From NCBI GenBank assembly GCA_900617105.1, contig UYFQ01000478.1, positions 1 through 64,000 on the forward strand: a stretch of DNA of 64,000 nucleotides. The letters are read 5' to 3'. The stretch is from Hydrurus foetidus. Lineage: Eukaryota. The notes under the pieces were generated by a model, which worked only from the letters and a program-made list of their open reading frames with translations, did no database searches and was not told the DNA's origin. Made by a program: the position numbers and the translations under genes. This document shows, one piece after another, positions 54,343 through 64,000 of the stretch. Every line of letters begins with the position of its first letter. The stretch's first letter is position 1.

Positions 54343-55350
54343 GTGAACCTTGCACCCCTGATCCAGCTCACCCGCGGCGGCACGCCCGAATGCCTGCACT
54401 TTGGTGCCATCGCCGTCGTTAACCGCCACGGCCAGCTGAAAGCCTTTGCGGGCGACCCGCACCTGGTTACCTTCACCCGCTCCACACTCAAGGCGCTGCA
54501 GGCCCTGCCCTTTGTTGAGGCCGGTGGCCCCGCGCAGTTTGGTTTTACGCAGGCCGAGAACGCGCTGCTGTGTGCCAGCCACAACGGCGAGGCCATGCAC
54601 GTAGACGGCGCCAACAGCATGCTGGCCAAGGCGGGCCACACCTACAAAACTCTGCGCTGCGGCTGCCACGCGCCACTCTTGTTTGGCTACTTTGACAAGA
54701 GCGCGCCCGAAGGTGCCACCTACAACGAGGCGTACAACAACTGCAGCGGCAAGCATGCGGGCTTTGTGGCCTATTGCGCGCAGCACGGCCTGCCGCTGGA
54801 CGACTACACCGCGCCCGACCACCCGCTGCAACAGGCCATTGCCCGCGATGTGGCGCGCGCCGTGGGCATGGACGTGCAGGACATGCCGCGCGGCATTGAC
54901 GGCTGCTCGGCGCCCAACTTCGCCATGCCGCTGTCGAATCTGGCGCGTGGCTATGCGCGCCTGGCCAGTGGCGCGCAGGACACCGAATTGGGAGAAAGCT
55001 TTGCACTGCTGAGTGAGGCCATGACGGCCCACCCCGACATGGTGAGCGGCACCGGCCGCAACGACCTGGACTTCATGCGCGTGGGCCGGGGCGACTGGGT
55101 CAGCAAAGTGGGTGCCGACGGCGTGCAAGTGGTGGGCAGCAAGAGCCGCGGCGAAGCCTTTGCGCTGAAGATCATTGACGGCAACAAGCCCGCGCTGTTT
55201 GCGGCCAGCGTCGAGATTCTGGACCAGCTGGGTTGGATGGACGATGCGCAGCGCGCAGCGTTGCAGCCCTGGCGCGCGGCCAACATCATCAACGCACGCG
55301 GCCTGTTGGTGGGCGAGCGCCTGCCTGTTTTCCGACTGGAAACCCCATGA
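54343..55350 (+). CDS. L-asparaginase II (Rhizobium-type) family protein
   Basis: RSTLK, CASHNGE, NNCSGKH, DGCSAP, SKVGADG. Confidence 0.88.
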   Translation: MNLAPLIQLTRGGTPECLHFGAIAVVNRHGQLKAFAGDPHLVTFTRSTLKALQALPFVEAGGPAQFGFTQAENALLCASHNGEAMHVDGANSMLAKAGHTYKTLRCGCHAPLLFGYFDKSAPEGATYNEAYNNCSGKHAGFVAYCAQHGLPLDDYTAPDHPLQQAIARDVARAVGMDVQDMPRGIDGCSAPNFAMPLSNLARGYARLASGAQDTELGESFALLSEAMTAHPDMVSGTGRNDLDFMRVGRGDWVSKVGADGVQVVGSKSRGEAFALKIIDGNKPALFAASVEILDQLGWMDDAQRAALQPWRAANIINARGLLVGERLPVFRLETP

Positions 55351-56261
55351 ACACCCAAGTGAGCCTCATCGGCGCGCCCACCGACATTGGCGCGGGCAGC
55401 CGCGGCGCCAGCATGGGGCCCGAAGCCCTGCGCGTAGCCAATATCACCAGCGTGCTGCAAAGTCACGGGCTGGAGGTGCTGGACAAAGGCAACCTGATCG
55501 GCCCCAACAACCCCTGGCTGCCCCCGGTGGACGGCTACCGCCACCTGGCCGAAGTGGCCGCCTGGAACCGCAGCCTGCACGACGCGGTGTATGCCGAACT
55601 GCAAGACGGGCGCCTGCCCATCGTGCTGGGCGGGGACCACTGTTTGGGCATTGGCTCCATCAGCGCCGTGGCGCGCCACTGCCGCGACACGGGCAAGAAG
55701 CTGCGCGTGCTGTGGCTGGACGCGCACGCCGACTTCAACACCAATACGCTCACGCCCAGCGGCAACATCCACGGCATGCCCGTGGCCTGCCTGTGCGGTT
55801 TTGGTCCGAAAGAGCTGATCGAGATTGGCGGCCACGTGCCGGCGATTCAGGCGAAGTGGGTGCGGCAAATTGGCATCCGCAGCGTGGACGAAGGCGAGAA
55901 GCGCTTTGTGCACGAGCAGGACCTGGAAGTGTTCGACATGCGCTACATCGACGAGATGGGCATGCGCGCCGCCATGGAGCTGGCGCTGGCCTTGATCGAC
56001 AGCAATACGCATTTGCACGTGAGCTTTGACGTGGACTTTCTGGACCCCGACATTGCACCCGGCGTGGGCACGACCGTGCGTGGTGGCCCGACCTACCGCG
56101 AGGCGCAGCTCTGCATGGAAATGATTGCCGACACCGGCAAGCTGGCCAGCCTGGACGTGATGGAACTCAACCCCGCGCTGGACGAACGCAACCGCACGGC
56201 CGAGGTGGCGGTAGACCTGATCGAGTCGCTCTTCGGCAAAAGCACGCTGATGCGCAAATAG
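55347..56261 (+). CDS. rocF: Arginase
   Basis: GGDH, DAHAD, SGNIHGMP, SFDVDFLDP, ELNP. Confidence 0.95.
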   Translation: MNTQVSLIGAPTDIGAGSRGASMGPEALRVANITSVLQSHGLEVLDKGNLIGPNNPWLPPVDGYRHLAEVAAWNRSLHDAVYAELQDGRLPIVLGGDHCLGIGSISAVARHCRDTGKKLRVLWLDAHADFNTNTLTPSGNIHGMPVACLCGFGPKELIEIGGHVPAIQAKWVRQIGIRSVDEGEKRFVHEQDLEVFDMRYIDEMGMRAAMELALALIDSNTHLHVSFDVDFLDPDIAPGVGTTVRGGPTYREAQLCMEMIADTGKLASLDVMELNPALDERNRTAEVAVDLIESLFGKSTLMRK

Positions 56262-56267
56262 GCCTGC

Positions 56268-57683
56268 TCAGGTCTGGAAGACGGAGACCGTCTGCACCAA
56301 GTCCTGCGCCTGTGACCGCAGGCTGCCCGCAGCGGCGGCCATCTCTTCGACTAAGGCTGCGTTCTGTTGGGTCGCCTGGTCCATCTGCGCCACCGCCTGG
56401 CTGACCTCGGCAGCGCCCGTCGCTTGTGCTGCGCTGGCAACGCTGATCTCGCCCACAATTTCGGTGACCCGCTTAATACTGCCCACCACCTCGGTCATGG
56501 TCTCGCCGGCTCGGTTCACCAGGGCGCTGCCCTGCTCCACACGCTCCACGCTGGCGTTGATGAGTTGCTTGATCTCTTTGGCAGCTTCAGCACTGCGCCC
56601 GGCCAGGCTACGCACCTCGGATGCCACCACCGCAAAGCCGCGGCCCTGCTCGCCCGCACGGGCGGCTTCTACTGCAGCGTTCAACGCCAGGATGTTGGTC
56701 TGGAACGCGATGCCGTCAATGACGCTGATGATGTCGGCAATCTTGCGCGAACTCTCGTTGATGCCTTGCATGGTCTGCACCACTTGCGCCACCACCTCAC
56801 CGCCTTTGGAAGCCGTTTTACTGGCGACCATGGCCAGCGTGTTGGCCTCGCGCGCGTTTTCAGCCGATTGGCTGACCGCACTGGTGAGTTGCGTGATGCT
56901 GCTGGCCGTGCGCTGCAGATTGGCAGCCGTTTGTTCCGTGCGGTTGCTCAGGTCCTGGTTGCCGCTGGCAATCTCCGAACAGGCAACTTCGATGCTTGCA
57001 GATCCGCTGCGCACGGCCGCCACGGCCCCATGCATACGCCCCAGTGTTGCCTTGAGCGCATCGCCGCCACGGGTGGTGGTACCGGTGTCATGCACATCCA
57101 GGGCGATACGGTCATCCTGATTCACGCGGGCTACCAGAATGCGCAGCTCATCCCCCTCTTGGGCTGCCCTTGCCATGCTGATGGCCATAACGGCCTCCAC
57201 ACCCGACTGGATGACCACATACAACGCGTGGATGATGATGCGGCCAAAATCGGGCTCGGTGATGCAGTACAGGCCAAAACCTGCCGCTTGCAAGCGATCA
57301 AACAGCACGTGGTGCACAGCAAACATCGCGGCACCAAACACGATGACACGCCAATCGCGGTAAACCAGAAACAGCGCCAGGGCCACGAATACCCCAAAAT
57401 GCATCTCTGACATGCCACGGCTGAGCTGAATATGCAGGGCCACAAACGACACCAGCACGAAGGTGAGCACATAGCGGCTGGCCACGGTGTAGCGGGCGAC
57501 ACCGAACACGCCATATGCAATGGCCAGCAGCACCAGCGTGGTTGTGATGGCCGTCGCGGAGTCGACGAAATTCAGCCCCAGAACGATGCTGAGCACCGCA
57601 GCCAGCGTGATGCAGCTCAGCAGCACACGGTCGCCCAACTTGGCGAGCTCCTCCGCACTTGAGGTGGTTTTTTGTTCTGTCAT
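56268..57683 (-). CDS. Methyl-accepting chemotaxis protein with a multi-TM, His-containing sensor
   Basis: Several TM helices with EMHFGVF, YRDW, HH; MCP signalling domain. Confidence 0.92.
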   Translation of the reverse strand: MTEQKTTSSAEELAKLGDRVLLSCITLAAVLSIVLGLNFVDSATAITTTLVLLAIAYGVFGVARYTVASRYVLTFVLVSFVALHIQLSRGMSEMHFGVFVALALFLVYRDWRVIVFGAAMFAVHHVLFDRLQAAGFGLYCITEPDFGRIIIHALYVVIQSGVEAVMAISMARAAQEGDELRILVARVNQDDRIALDVHDTGTTTRGGDALKATLGRMHGAVAAVRSGSASIEVACSEIASGNQDLSNRTEQTAANLQRTASSITQLTSAVSQSAENAREANTLAMVASKTASKGGEVVAQVVQTMQGINESSRKIADIISVIDGIAFQTNILALNAAVEAARAGEQGRGFAVVASEVRSLAGRSAEAAKEIKQLINASVERVEQGSALVNRAGETMTEVVGSIKRVTEIVGEISVASAAQATGAAEVSQAVAQMDQATQQNAALVEEMAAAAGSLRSQAQDLVQTVSVFQT

Positions 57684-57709
57684 GGCGACTCTAACAATTT
57701 AAAAAAAAA

Positions 57710-59038
57710 CAGTAGTGTCCCAACGTTTTTCAGAGGAGAACGAGCTGTCGAGGCTCGAAATCCAAAACTGAATCGGTCGCGGATGGCGTAAGTAGTTGAT
57801 TTATTGGGGTTTGTTCAAACATGGTCAAGCTCAGGATTTGTAGGATTTCGTAAAGGCTGTGATGTTCAAGATGCAAGCGCTTCTTTGCAATGGCGATCAA
57901 CACGTAGGTGCAAACCGCAATCCAGATTTGCGTCTTCACGGCGTTCTCGCTGGTGCCCAAGAAAGCTTTGATGCGAAGGTGCTGCTTGACCCATTTGAAG
58001 AACAACTCCACCTTCCAGCGTTGACGGTACAGATCGGCAATGAGCTCTGGCTTCAAGGCAAAGTTGTTGGTCAGAAACGTGATGCGCTTGCCGGTTTCGT
58101 CCTTGACTACCACCCGGCGCAAAGTAGTTGGGTAATCCTTGCTGGAGTAGAACACCGTGAGCACGCCGATCTGATCGCAGATAACCGACGTGTTGCTGCG
58201 GTCCACAGGGTTGGAATAGCGCCGTCTGAACTGGGTATTGCTCTTGGCACGCGTCACGAAGAAGGCCTGCGCCTGATGAATCACGTACAGCCTCTTGAAA
58301 TCCAGATAACCCCGATCCATCAGGTAGAACGCTCCGGCTTCGAGCACCAAATCGTCCAGTACGTTGACCTCGTGGGTCTTGCCATCGGTGATGTGAATGA
58401 AGCTGGGGATGGAGCCATGCAGATCCAGCAAGGTGTGCAGCTTGATAGCGGCCTTGGTGGATCGAAACGGCGCCCACGGATGCAGGGACAGACACAAGTC
58501 GATGGTGCTGGCGTCGAACGCGTAGACGGCTGCATCCAGATCGATGCCCAAAGGCTCTTTGGCATACAACGGTCTGGCCATACCAATCAGGTGCTGGGCA
58601 AAGTCCGCGTAAATCTGCCACGGTCGTGTGGCGTTCGCATTGGCCAGCGTGTTGCGCGAAATCGTAGAGCAGCGAAAACCCATGTGATAAAGCCGATTGG
58701 CTTGCGCGCGCAGGTTCACCTCGATGTCGCGCAAGGACTCCCGGTAGGTCAGTTGCGCGAATGCCATGGCGAAGAACTGGTCCAGGCACGAAAAGTCTTT
58801 GACCTTGTGGTCCCCGCGATGCTTGGCCACACAACGCCGGAAAGTAGTCATGGGCAGAAAGGCCATGAGTTGAGAAAACACGAGCTTGCCTTGGTGCATA
58901 CCGGCCCTTCGCGCGAATGCGCAAAAGGCCATAAGTCTGACGCTCGACGTTCAAATCGAGACCAGACTGAAATGCAAAATTCTGCAAGTAAATCATTAAC
59001 TTACGAAGTCCTGATGTGAGAACGTTGGGACACTACTG
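57710..59038 (-). mobile_element. IS4-family insertion sequence
   Basis: Perfect 18-bp terminal IRs CAGTAGTGTCCCAACGTT (57710-57727 and 59021-59038); A9 on both sides (57701-57709, 59039-59047) as 9-bp target duplication. Confidence 0.95.
57730..58899 (-). CDS. IS4-family DDE transposase
   Basis: FDASTI, KLH, MDRGY, YRQRWKVELFFKWVK (YREK signature). Confidence 0.95.
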   Translation of the reverse strand: MHQGKLVFSQLMAFLPMTTFRRCVAKHRGDHKVKDFSCLDQFFAMAFAQLTYRESLRDIEVNLRAQANRLYHMGFRCSTISRNTLANANATRPWQIYADFAQHLIGMARPLYAKEPLGIDLDAAVYAFDASTIDLCLSLHPWAPFRSTKAAIKLHTLLDLHGSIPSFIHITDGKTHEVNVLDDLVLEAGAFYLMDRGYLDFKRLYVIHQAQAFFVTRAKSNTQFRRRYSNPVDRSNTSVICDQIGVLTVFYSSKDYPTTLRRVVVKDETGKRITFLTNNFALKPELIADLYRQRWKVELFFKWVKQHLRIKAFLGTSENAVKTQIWIAVCTYVLIAIAKKRLHLEHHSLYEILQILSLTMFEQTPINQLLTPSATDSVLDFEPRQLVLL

Positions 59039-59060
59039 AAAAAAAAATGATTCTAATGCC

Positions 59061-59087
59061 ACATCGGCACCGCCGCCAGAGGCTGAG
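59061..59087 (-). promoter_or_regulatory. Putative sigma-28 (FliA) promoter of the MCP at 57683, now displaced by the IS
   Basis: Minus strand CTCA-N15-GCCGATGT versus consensus TAAA-N15-GCCGATAA. Confidence 0.45.
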
Positions 59088-59127
59088 CCAGCCTTGCGCG
59101 TGCAGGCTTTTCGATAGATTGGGCTGC

Positions 59128-60138
59128 TTAGAGCGGAATGCTGCGCGTCTCGCCATGCCGCAGCAGCCACACCCGGTCTTGCGGCAGGCCGTGCTGCTCC
59201 AGTGCGGTGGCCAAATCCTTGGGCGGCTGGTCAAACGCTTCCTGCGTCAGCATGAAGGTGCCCCAGTGCACGCCCATGGCCTGTTTGGCGTCCAGGTCCA
59301 ACATCAGCTGCACCGCGTCGGTCGGGTTTACGTGCATGGGCTTCATGAAATCGCGCGGCAGGTAGGCACCTATGGGCAGCGCCAAAAAGTCGATGGCGCC
59401 AATGCGCTGGCGTATGGTTTTGAAGTCATTGCTGTAGCCCGTGTCGCCCGGAAACAGAAAGCGCCACGGCGCCTGCGCCGGCCGCAACCACTCCAGGCAG
59501 TAGCCACCCCAGCGGGACGCATTGGTGTCCCACGGCGTGCGCCGGCTCCAGTGCTGGGACGGCGTGAAATGGACCCGCAGCTGGTGCGGCAGGTCAAAGG
59601 TTTGCCACCAATCCAACTCGGTCACGTTGGCAATGCCGCGCTTGTCAAACCAGGCCTTCAGGCCCAGGGGCACGATGAACTCCGGCGTTTGCCCGGCGGT
59701 CAGCAGGCGGCGTATTGTGGCGTCGCACAGGTGGTCGTAGTGGTTGTGCGAGATCAGCACCACGTCAATGCGCGGCAGCTGCTCTGGCGTCAGCGGCGCG
59801 GGCACCCGGCGGGCAGCGCCCACCTTGCCCATGGGGCCAGCGAAGTCTGCCAGCGTAGGGTCCATCAGCACGTTCAAGCCCGCCACCTGCAGCAGCACGC
59901 TGACATGGCCCAGCCAGGTCACCGCCGGGGTGTCCGGCCGCTGCAGCAAACGGCCATGGTCCACCACCACCGACCACTCCCGTGCAAACGCGGCGTAGCC
60001 CCCCGCGGGCTCCGATTGGGGTTTGAAGTCGCCCCGCAGCGAACGCCAGAGCATCTCGTACCAGGGGAAGTTGCCGATCACCACCCCGGGGTCGGTATTG
60101 CCGAAGCGGGTGGCGGTGGGTGGAGAAACAGGGTTCAT
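59128..60138 (-). CDS. MBL-fold metallo-hydrolase (NAPE-PLD/RomA-like)
   Basis: TWLGH, SHNHYDH, QHWSRR, GDTGY, PIGAY, HWGTF. Confidence 0.9.
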   Translation of the reverse strand: MNPVSPPTATRFGNTDPGVVIGNFPWYEMLWRSLRGDFKPQSEPAGGYAAFAREWSVVVDHGRLLQRPDTPAVTWLGHVSVLLQVAGLNVLMDPTLADFAGPMGKVGAARRVPAPLTPEQLPRIDVVLISHNHYDHLCDATIRRLLTAGQTPEFIVPLGLKAWFDKRGIANVTELDWWQTFDLPHQLRVHFTPSQHWSRRTPWDTNASRWGGYCLEWLRPAQAPWRFLFPGDTGYSNDFKTIRQRIGAIDFLALPIGAYLPRDFMKPMHVNPTDAVQLMLDLDAKQAMGVHWGTFMLTQEAFDQPPKDLATALEQHGLPQDRVWLLRHGETRSIPL

Positions 60139-60166
60139 GGCGTGCGCAAGGTTGACGGGATAGCCC

Positions 60167-60937
60167 TCAGCGGCGAATCCGGTAGCCAGTTTTAAACACC
60201 CACCACACCACCACCAAACACGCAGCCAGAAAGCCCAGCGTCATGCCGACGCTGACGCCGATATGGACGTCGGCCTGGCCGTAAAACGCCCAGCGCAAGC
60301 CGCTGATGAGGTAGACCACTGGGTTAAACAGCGACACGGTTTGCCAGATCGGCGGCAGCATGTTGATGCTGTAGAAAGCGCCACCCAAAAAGGTAAGCGG
60401 CGTGATGACCAGCAACGGGATGACCTGCAGCTTTTGAAAGCTGTCGGCCCACAGGCCGATGATGAAACCGAACAAGCAAAACGTAACCGCCGTGAGCAGC
60501 AAAAATCCCAACATCCACACCGGATGGGCGACTTCATAGGGCACGAAAAAGCGTGCCGTCACCAAAATGAGGGTCGCCACCAGCAAGGACTTGGATGCCG
60601 CGGCGCCCACGTAACCCAGCAGCACCTCGACCCAGTTCACCGGCGCACTCAGCAGCTCGTAAATGGTGCCCGACCACTTGGGCATGTAAATGCCAAAGGA
60701 TGAGTTGGAAATGCTCTCCGATAGCAGCGACAGCATCAGCAGGCCCGGAATGATGTAGGCCCCGTAGCTCACGCCACCAATATCGCCCATGCGCGAGCCA
60801 ATGGCCGAGCCGAAGACGATGAAATACAAGGCGGTCGAGAGCACTGGCGCGATCAGGCTTTGCATCCATGTGCGGAAGGCGCGGTGCATCTCAAATCGGT
60901 AGATGGCGCTGACGCCATGCAAGTTCAGGCCGGTCAT
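60167..60937 (-). CDS. ABC-2 type transporter permease (YadH-like)
   Basis: [31 protein letters not shown]. Confidence 0.9.
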   Translation of the reverse strand: MTGLNLHGVSAIYRFEMHRAFRTWMQSLIAPVLSTALYFIVFGSAIGSRMGDIGGVSYGAYIIPGLLMLSLLSESISNSSFGIYMPKWSGTIYELLSAPVNWVEVLLGYVGAAASKSLLVATLILVTARFFVPYEVAHPVWMLGFLLLTAVTFCLFGFIIGLWADSFQKLQVIPLLVITPLTFLGGAFYSINMLPPIWQTVSLFNPVVYLISGLRWAFYGQADVHIGVSVGMTLGFLAACLVVVWWVFKTGYRIRR

Positions 60938-61917
60938 GCGGTGGGTGCTTTCGGTTCTTTTGGATCTTGGTGCACCAGGCTCACAAAGATGTCTTCGAGC
61001 GAGCTCTCGCTTGAATGCAGGTCTTTGAAGTCGATGCCGTGCACAGCCAGCGCGCGCAAGAGCTCGGCAATGCCGTTGTCTTCTAGCTGGCTGTCGAACG
61101 TGTAGGTCAGGCAGGTGCCGCCCTGGCTCAATCCGAGCGACCAATTTGCAAGTGCCTCTGGCAGGCTGTCCATGGGGTGCTGCAGCGTGAGGGTGAGTTG
61201 TTTTTTACCCAGCTTGCGCATCAGCACGTCTTTGTCTTCCACCAAGATCAACTCGCCGCCACGGATCACCCCAATGCGATCGGCCATGTCCTCGGCTTCT
61301 TCAATGTAGTGGGTGGTCAAGATGATGGTGGTGCCTGCGTCGCGCAGCTCGCGCACCAGGCGCCACATGTCATGGCGCAGCTCCACGTCCACGCCTGCGC
61401 TGGGCTCATCCAGAAACAAGATTTTCGGCTCGTGCGACAGCGCTTTGGCGATCAACACCCGGCGCTTCATGCCACCCGACAGTGCCAAAATTTTGCTGCC
61501 CTTCTTGTCCCACAGCGACAAGTCTTTGAGGATTTTTTCAATCAACGCAGGCTTGGGCGGTTTGCCAAACAGGCCGCGGCTAAAGCTCACGGTGTCCCAC
61601 ACAGTTTCAAACGAATCGGTGTGCAACTCTTGCGGCACCAGGCCAATGGTGGCGCGGGCCGCGCGGTAGTCGCGCACGGTGTCATGGCCATCGGCAGTCA
61701 CCGTGCCTGTGGTGGCATTGCTTATGCCGCAAATCACGCTGATGAGCGTGGTTTTCCCCGCCCCGTTGGGGCCGAGCAGGGCAAAAATCTCGCCCCGGCG
61801 AATGTCCAAATCGACGTTCTTCAGCGCCTGAAAACCGCCAGCGAATGTTTTACTGACGCCGCGCACGCGCACGATGGCCCGGTCAGCGTGGGGGGTGGAG
61901 AGAGGTGGGGTGTGCAA
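60934..61917 (-). CDS. ABC transporter ATP-binding protein (YadG-like)
   Basis: [25 protein letters not shown]; probable TTG start. Confidence 0.9.
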   Translation of the reverse strand: MHTPPLSTPHADRAIVRVRGVSKTFAGGFQALKNVDLDIRRGEIFALLGPNGAGKTTLISVICGISNATTGTVTADGHDTVRDYRAARATIGLVPQELHTDSFETVWDTVSFSRGLFGKPPKPALIEKILKDLSLWDKKGSKILALSGGMKRRVLIAKALSHEPKILFLDEPSAGVDVELRHDMWRLVRELRDAGTTIILTTHYIEEAEDMADRIGVIRGGELILVEDKDVLMRKLGKKQLTLTLQHPMDSLPEALANWSLGLSQGGTCLTYTFDSQLEDNGIAELLRALAVHGIDFKDLHSSESSLEDIFVSLVHQDPKEPKAPTA

Positions 61918-62007
61918 TTCAGGGTGCCTGTAAAGTAAATTCAAGTATCCCACCGAACCCCACAAACGCGCAGGCGACGCCGCTAGCAACCTTGCAAGCA
62001 AGGGACC

Positions 62008-62496
62008 TCAGTGCTGCCCCGCCAGCAGTTGCGCATTGCCCCCCGCCGCAGTCGTATTCACCGTCACGGTTTGCTCCGCGCAGAAGCGGTACAGATAATG
62101 CGGCCCACCGGCTTTGGGGCCGGTGCCGCTCAGGCCTTCGCCGCCAAAGGGCTGCACGCCCACCACGGCGCCAATCATGTTGCGGTTGATGTAGATGTTG
62201 CCGACATGGGCGGCGCTAGCCAGCGCCTGGGCGCGGCTGTCGATGCGGGTCTGGATGCCCAGCGTCAGGCCATAGCCCAGCGCGTTGATCTGGGTGATCA
62301 CGTCCTCAGGATTGCCATCCCAGCGCACCACCTGCAGCACGGGGCCGAAGATTTCGGCCTTCACGTGGGCAATCTGGTCCACCTCAAACGCGTGGGGCGC
62401 AATCAGGTTTGCTAGCGCCAGAGTTGGCGCAAGAGTGCCAATTTGGGTCTGGTCAAACTGAATCCCAGCTATCGGTGTTGTATTTTCATCAGCCAT
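62008..62496 (-). pseudogene. putA: putA 3' fragment (~130 codons) fused in-frame to an unrelated 30-aa N-terminus
   Basis: EIFGPVL, GYGLTLGIQTRID, GNIYINRNMIGAVVGVQPFGGEGLSGTGPKAGGPHYL, NTTAAGGNA match the PutA C-terminus; composition switches near 62410. Confidence 0.85.
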
Positions 62497-62498
62497 TT

Positions 62499-63086
62499 TT
62501 ATTTTCCTTTAATAACAATACGTTTCTTGACTGCCAAAATTGGCATGAGGACCAGCAGAACAAAGACCGCGACACCACTCGCATAGACAATCCCTGGCGC
62601 CCACACCGCACGGCCCCAATGGACATAAAACAAAAGCAAGCCCAACCTGGATGCATTGGCTGCATAGGGTAAAAAGAAAAAAATATAGATCAGCAATACG
62701 GCCCCAGCTTGCAGTACCAAGAAACTGCCCCAAGAGGTTATTTCCAACATCCCCCGCTCCCCGCTGTGGGGCTGGTACTTGCGGTAAGCCGTATAAATGG
62801 TCGGTACCCACCAGAGAGGCATCACACACCACAGCACCGAGTAGACGAAACGGTTGGCCTGGTTGGCCGGGCCGCTGATTTCACCTATGCGGCGTATTTG
62901 TATGTTCCAACTCGCCATGAAGTCGGTGAACTCCTTCGCTTGCGGGTATTGATCCAGCACGGTTAAGGGTACGAGGTATGCAAATGCGACCATCAGCAAA
63001 TAACAGGAGATGCCATAAATCCGCTCACCTGTTAGCCAAGAAGCGGACGCAATGGCAGGCGCGACTTGCAATTGCTTCTTACTCAT
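62499..63086 (-). CDS. Hypothetical multi-pass membrane protein (lower GC)
   Basis: GGAGG RBS; about four hydrophobic helices. Confidence 0.7.
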   Translation of the reverse strand: MSKKQLQVAPAIASASWLTGERIYGISCYLLMVAFAYLVPLTVLDQYPQAKEFTDFMASWNIQIRRIGEISGPANQANRFVYSVLWCVMPLWWVPTIYTAYRKYQPHSGERGMLEITSWGSFLVLQAGAVLLIYIFFFLPYAANASRLGLLLFYVHWGRAVWAPGIVYASGVAVFVLLVLMPILAVKKRIVIKGK

Positions 63087-63130
63087 GTCGCCACCTCCCA
63101 AGTGATTGCGTTCGTCGCCACTCTATTCCT

Positions 63131-63192
63131 CAAACCAAACAGGCCTGCAGCCCGCATATCTGTTGCACAAGTAGCTATAAATTCAGGAGTAA
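63131..63192 (-). repeat. Dispersed ~62-bp motif, copy 9 (more diverged)
   Basis: Reverse complement TTACTCCTGAATTTATAGCTACTTGTGCAACAGATATGCGGGCTGCAGGCCTGTTTGGTTTG aligns without gaps. Confidence 0.7.
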
Positions 63193-63276
63193 TCGACATG
63201 TCCGCCTCATTAGTTTCTGTGCTGTCCCACTGCGTGGTCTTTGTCATCTCATCTCTCTTTCTTGGTAATTTCGTTG

Positions 63277-64000
63277 TCATTTCACCTCCCCCTGCCGCAT
63301 CCACTTCGTCATGATCCACTTCTCCCCCCGTACCACCGGCGCACCCCCATGCAGGGTCTGGCGGTCCAGTTCGTTGTTGGCATTGGTGTACGAGAAATAC
63401 AAGGCATTGCCCTGTACCGGTTTGATCTTCAGGTCCAACTTGGGGAAGTAGGTTTCCCCACCGTCCTCTACCGTATTGAAATAAACAATCACGGTGGCAA
63501 CCCGCTGCCCACCGTTGCGCATTGCCAGCGGGGTGGTCGGGCTCTCCGGCGGGAAGAAGTCAAAATGTGCGCGGTATTCGCCGCCAAGCTGGTATTGCAG
63601 GACCTGCATGCCTTCCCCGTTTTCAACGGGCCATTGCGTCAAATCAGCGAGGCGTTGTTCTATGTGTCGAATCAGTTCGTTTTCGCCACGCTCAAACCAT
63701 GCGCCCTGGCTGCTTCGGAAGTCTTTGACGACAAGCTGTGCCGTCGCTTGATCGTGTGTTTGCGAAGGAGTCATGTTTGGGCGACTCATTTCAATGAGCG
63801 CTTCACATTCCTCCGCAGAGAGAACGTTGCCGAATAGAACAATGCGCGGTTGATCTAATTTCATCAATACCGATATCTTCCTATCGCCAATTTGCTTGTC
63901 AGAGGGAGTCGGTGTTGGAGCCGTTGCGTAGTTGTAGCCTTGCGACTCACTTTCGAAGCGTGGCCCTTTGATTCTTTGGGCCCAAGCGGCCTTGATTTCC
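63277..64000 (-). CDS. Prolyl 4-hydroxylase-like 2OG-Fe(II) oxygenase (5' end beyond the window)
   Basis: EGMQVLQY, HFDFF, QRVAT, GGETYFP, LHGG.PV..GEKW; reading frame stays open to the window edge. Confidence 0.9.
   Translation of the reverse strand, partial: EIKAAWAQRIKGPRFESESQGYNYATAPTPTPSDKQIGDRKISVLMKLDQPRIVLFGNVLSAEECEALIEMSRPNMTPSQTHDQATAQLVVKDFRSSQGAWFERGENELIRHIEQRLADLTQWPVENGEGMQVLQYQLGGEYRAHFDFFPPESPTTPLAMRNGGQRVATVIVYFNTVEDGGETYFPKLDLKIKPVQGNALYFSYTNANNELDRQTLHGGAPVVRGEKWIMTKWMRQGEVK

Noticed and set aside
57859..59019. Long + strand ORF (386 aa) and a second - strand ORF (376 aa) inside the IS
   Set aside because: Antisense and alternate-frame shadows of the transposase; no motifs or independent evidence.
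62401..62450. Resemblance of the putA junction (AAATTGGCACTCTTGCGCC...GCTAGC) to the dispersed motif
   Set aside because: Needs gaps and lacks the GCT-N11-AGC palindrome, whereas accepted copies are indel-free.
63083..63319. 78-aa ORF between the P4H-like gene and the membrane gene
   Set aside because: Its middle is motif copy 9 and its start overlaps the P4H 3' end; no independent support for coding.

Overview
GC-rich betaproteobacterial chromosome. Gene content and order (lptA-lptB-rpoN, argS-SPOR-dsbA, recG-oxyR-ubiA, queA-tgt, phaM-FIST) point to Comamonadaceae, possibly Rhodoferax-like; this is an inference. The window is mostly core genes plus six chemoreceptor (MCP) genes, a DUF2946-ycnI-PCu(A)C copper locus, frmA/fghA formaldehyde detoxification, one intact IS4-family element and several small accessory patches (43.9-48.2 kb, 49.8-50.8 kb, 62.4-64 kb). 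The most striking unexplained structure is a dispersed ~62-bp motif with at least 9 indel-free copies in both orientations. Five copies lie inside recognisable protein-coding genes and are read in three different frames, and one of them encodes a signal peptide. Other notable points are a synonymously diverged duplicate of a lysR 5' end next to a TPS-like PEP-CTERM gene, a CRP/FNR-type operator, a putA 3' fragment fused to a foreign start, and two indel-riddled stretches (27.6-27.7 kb and 34.1-35.0 kb) that may be assembly or polishing artefacts. I recognised no rRNA, tRNA or CRISPR array. All family assignments come from motif recognition by eye, not from database searches.
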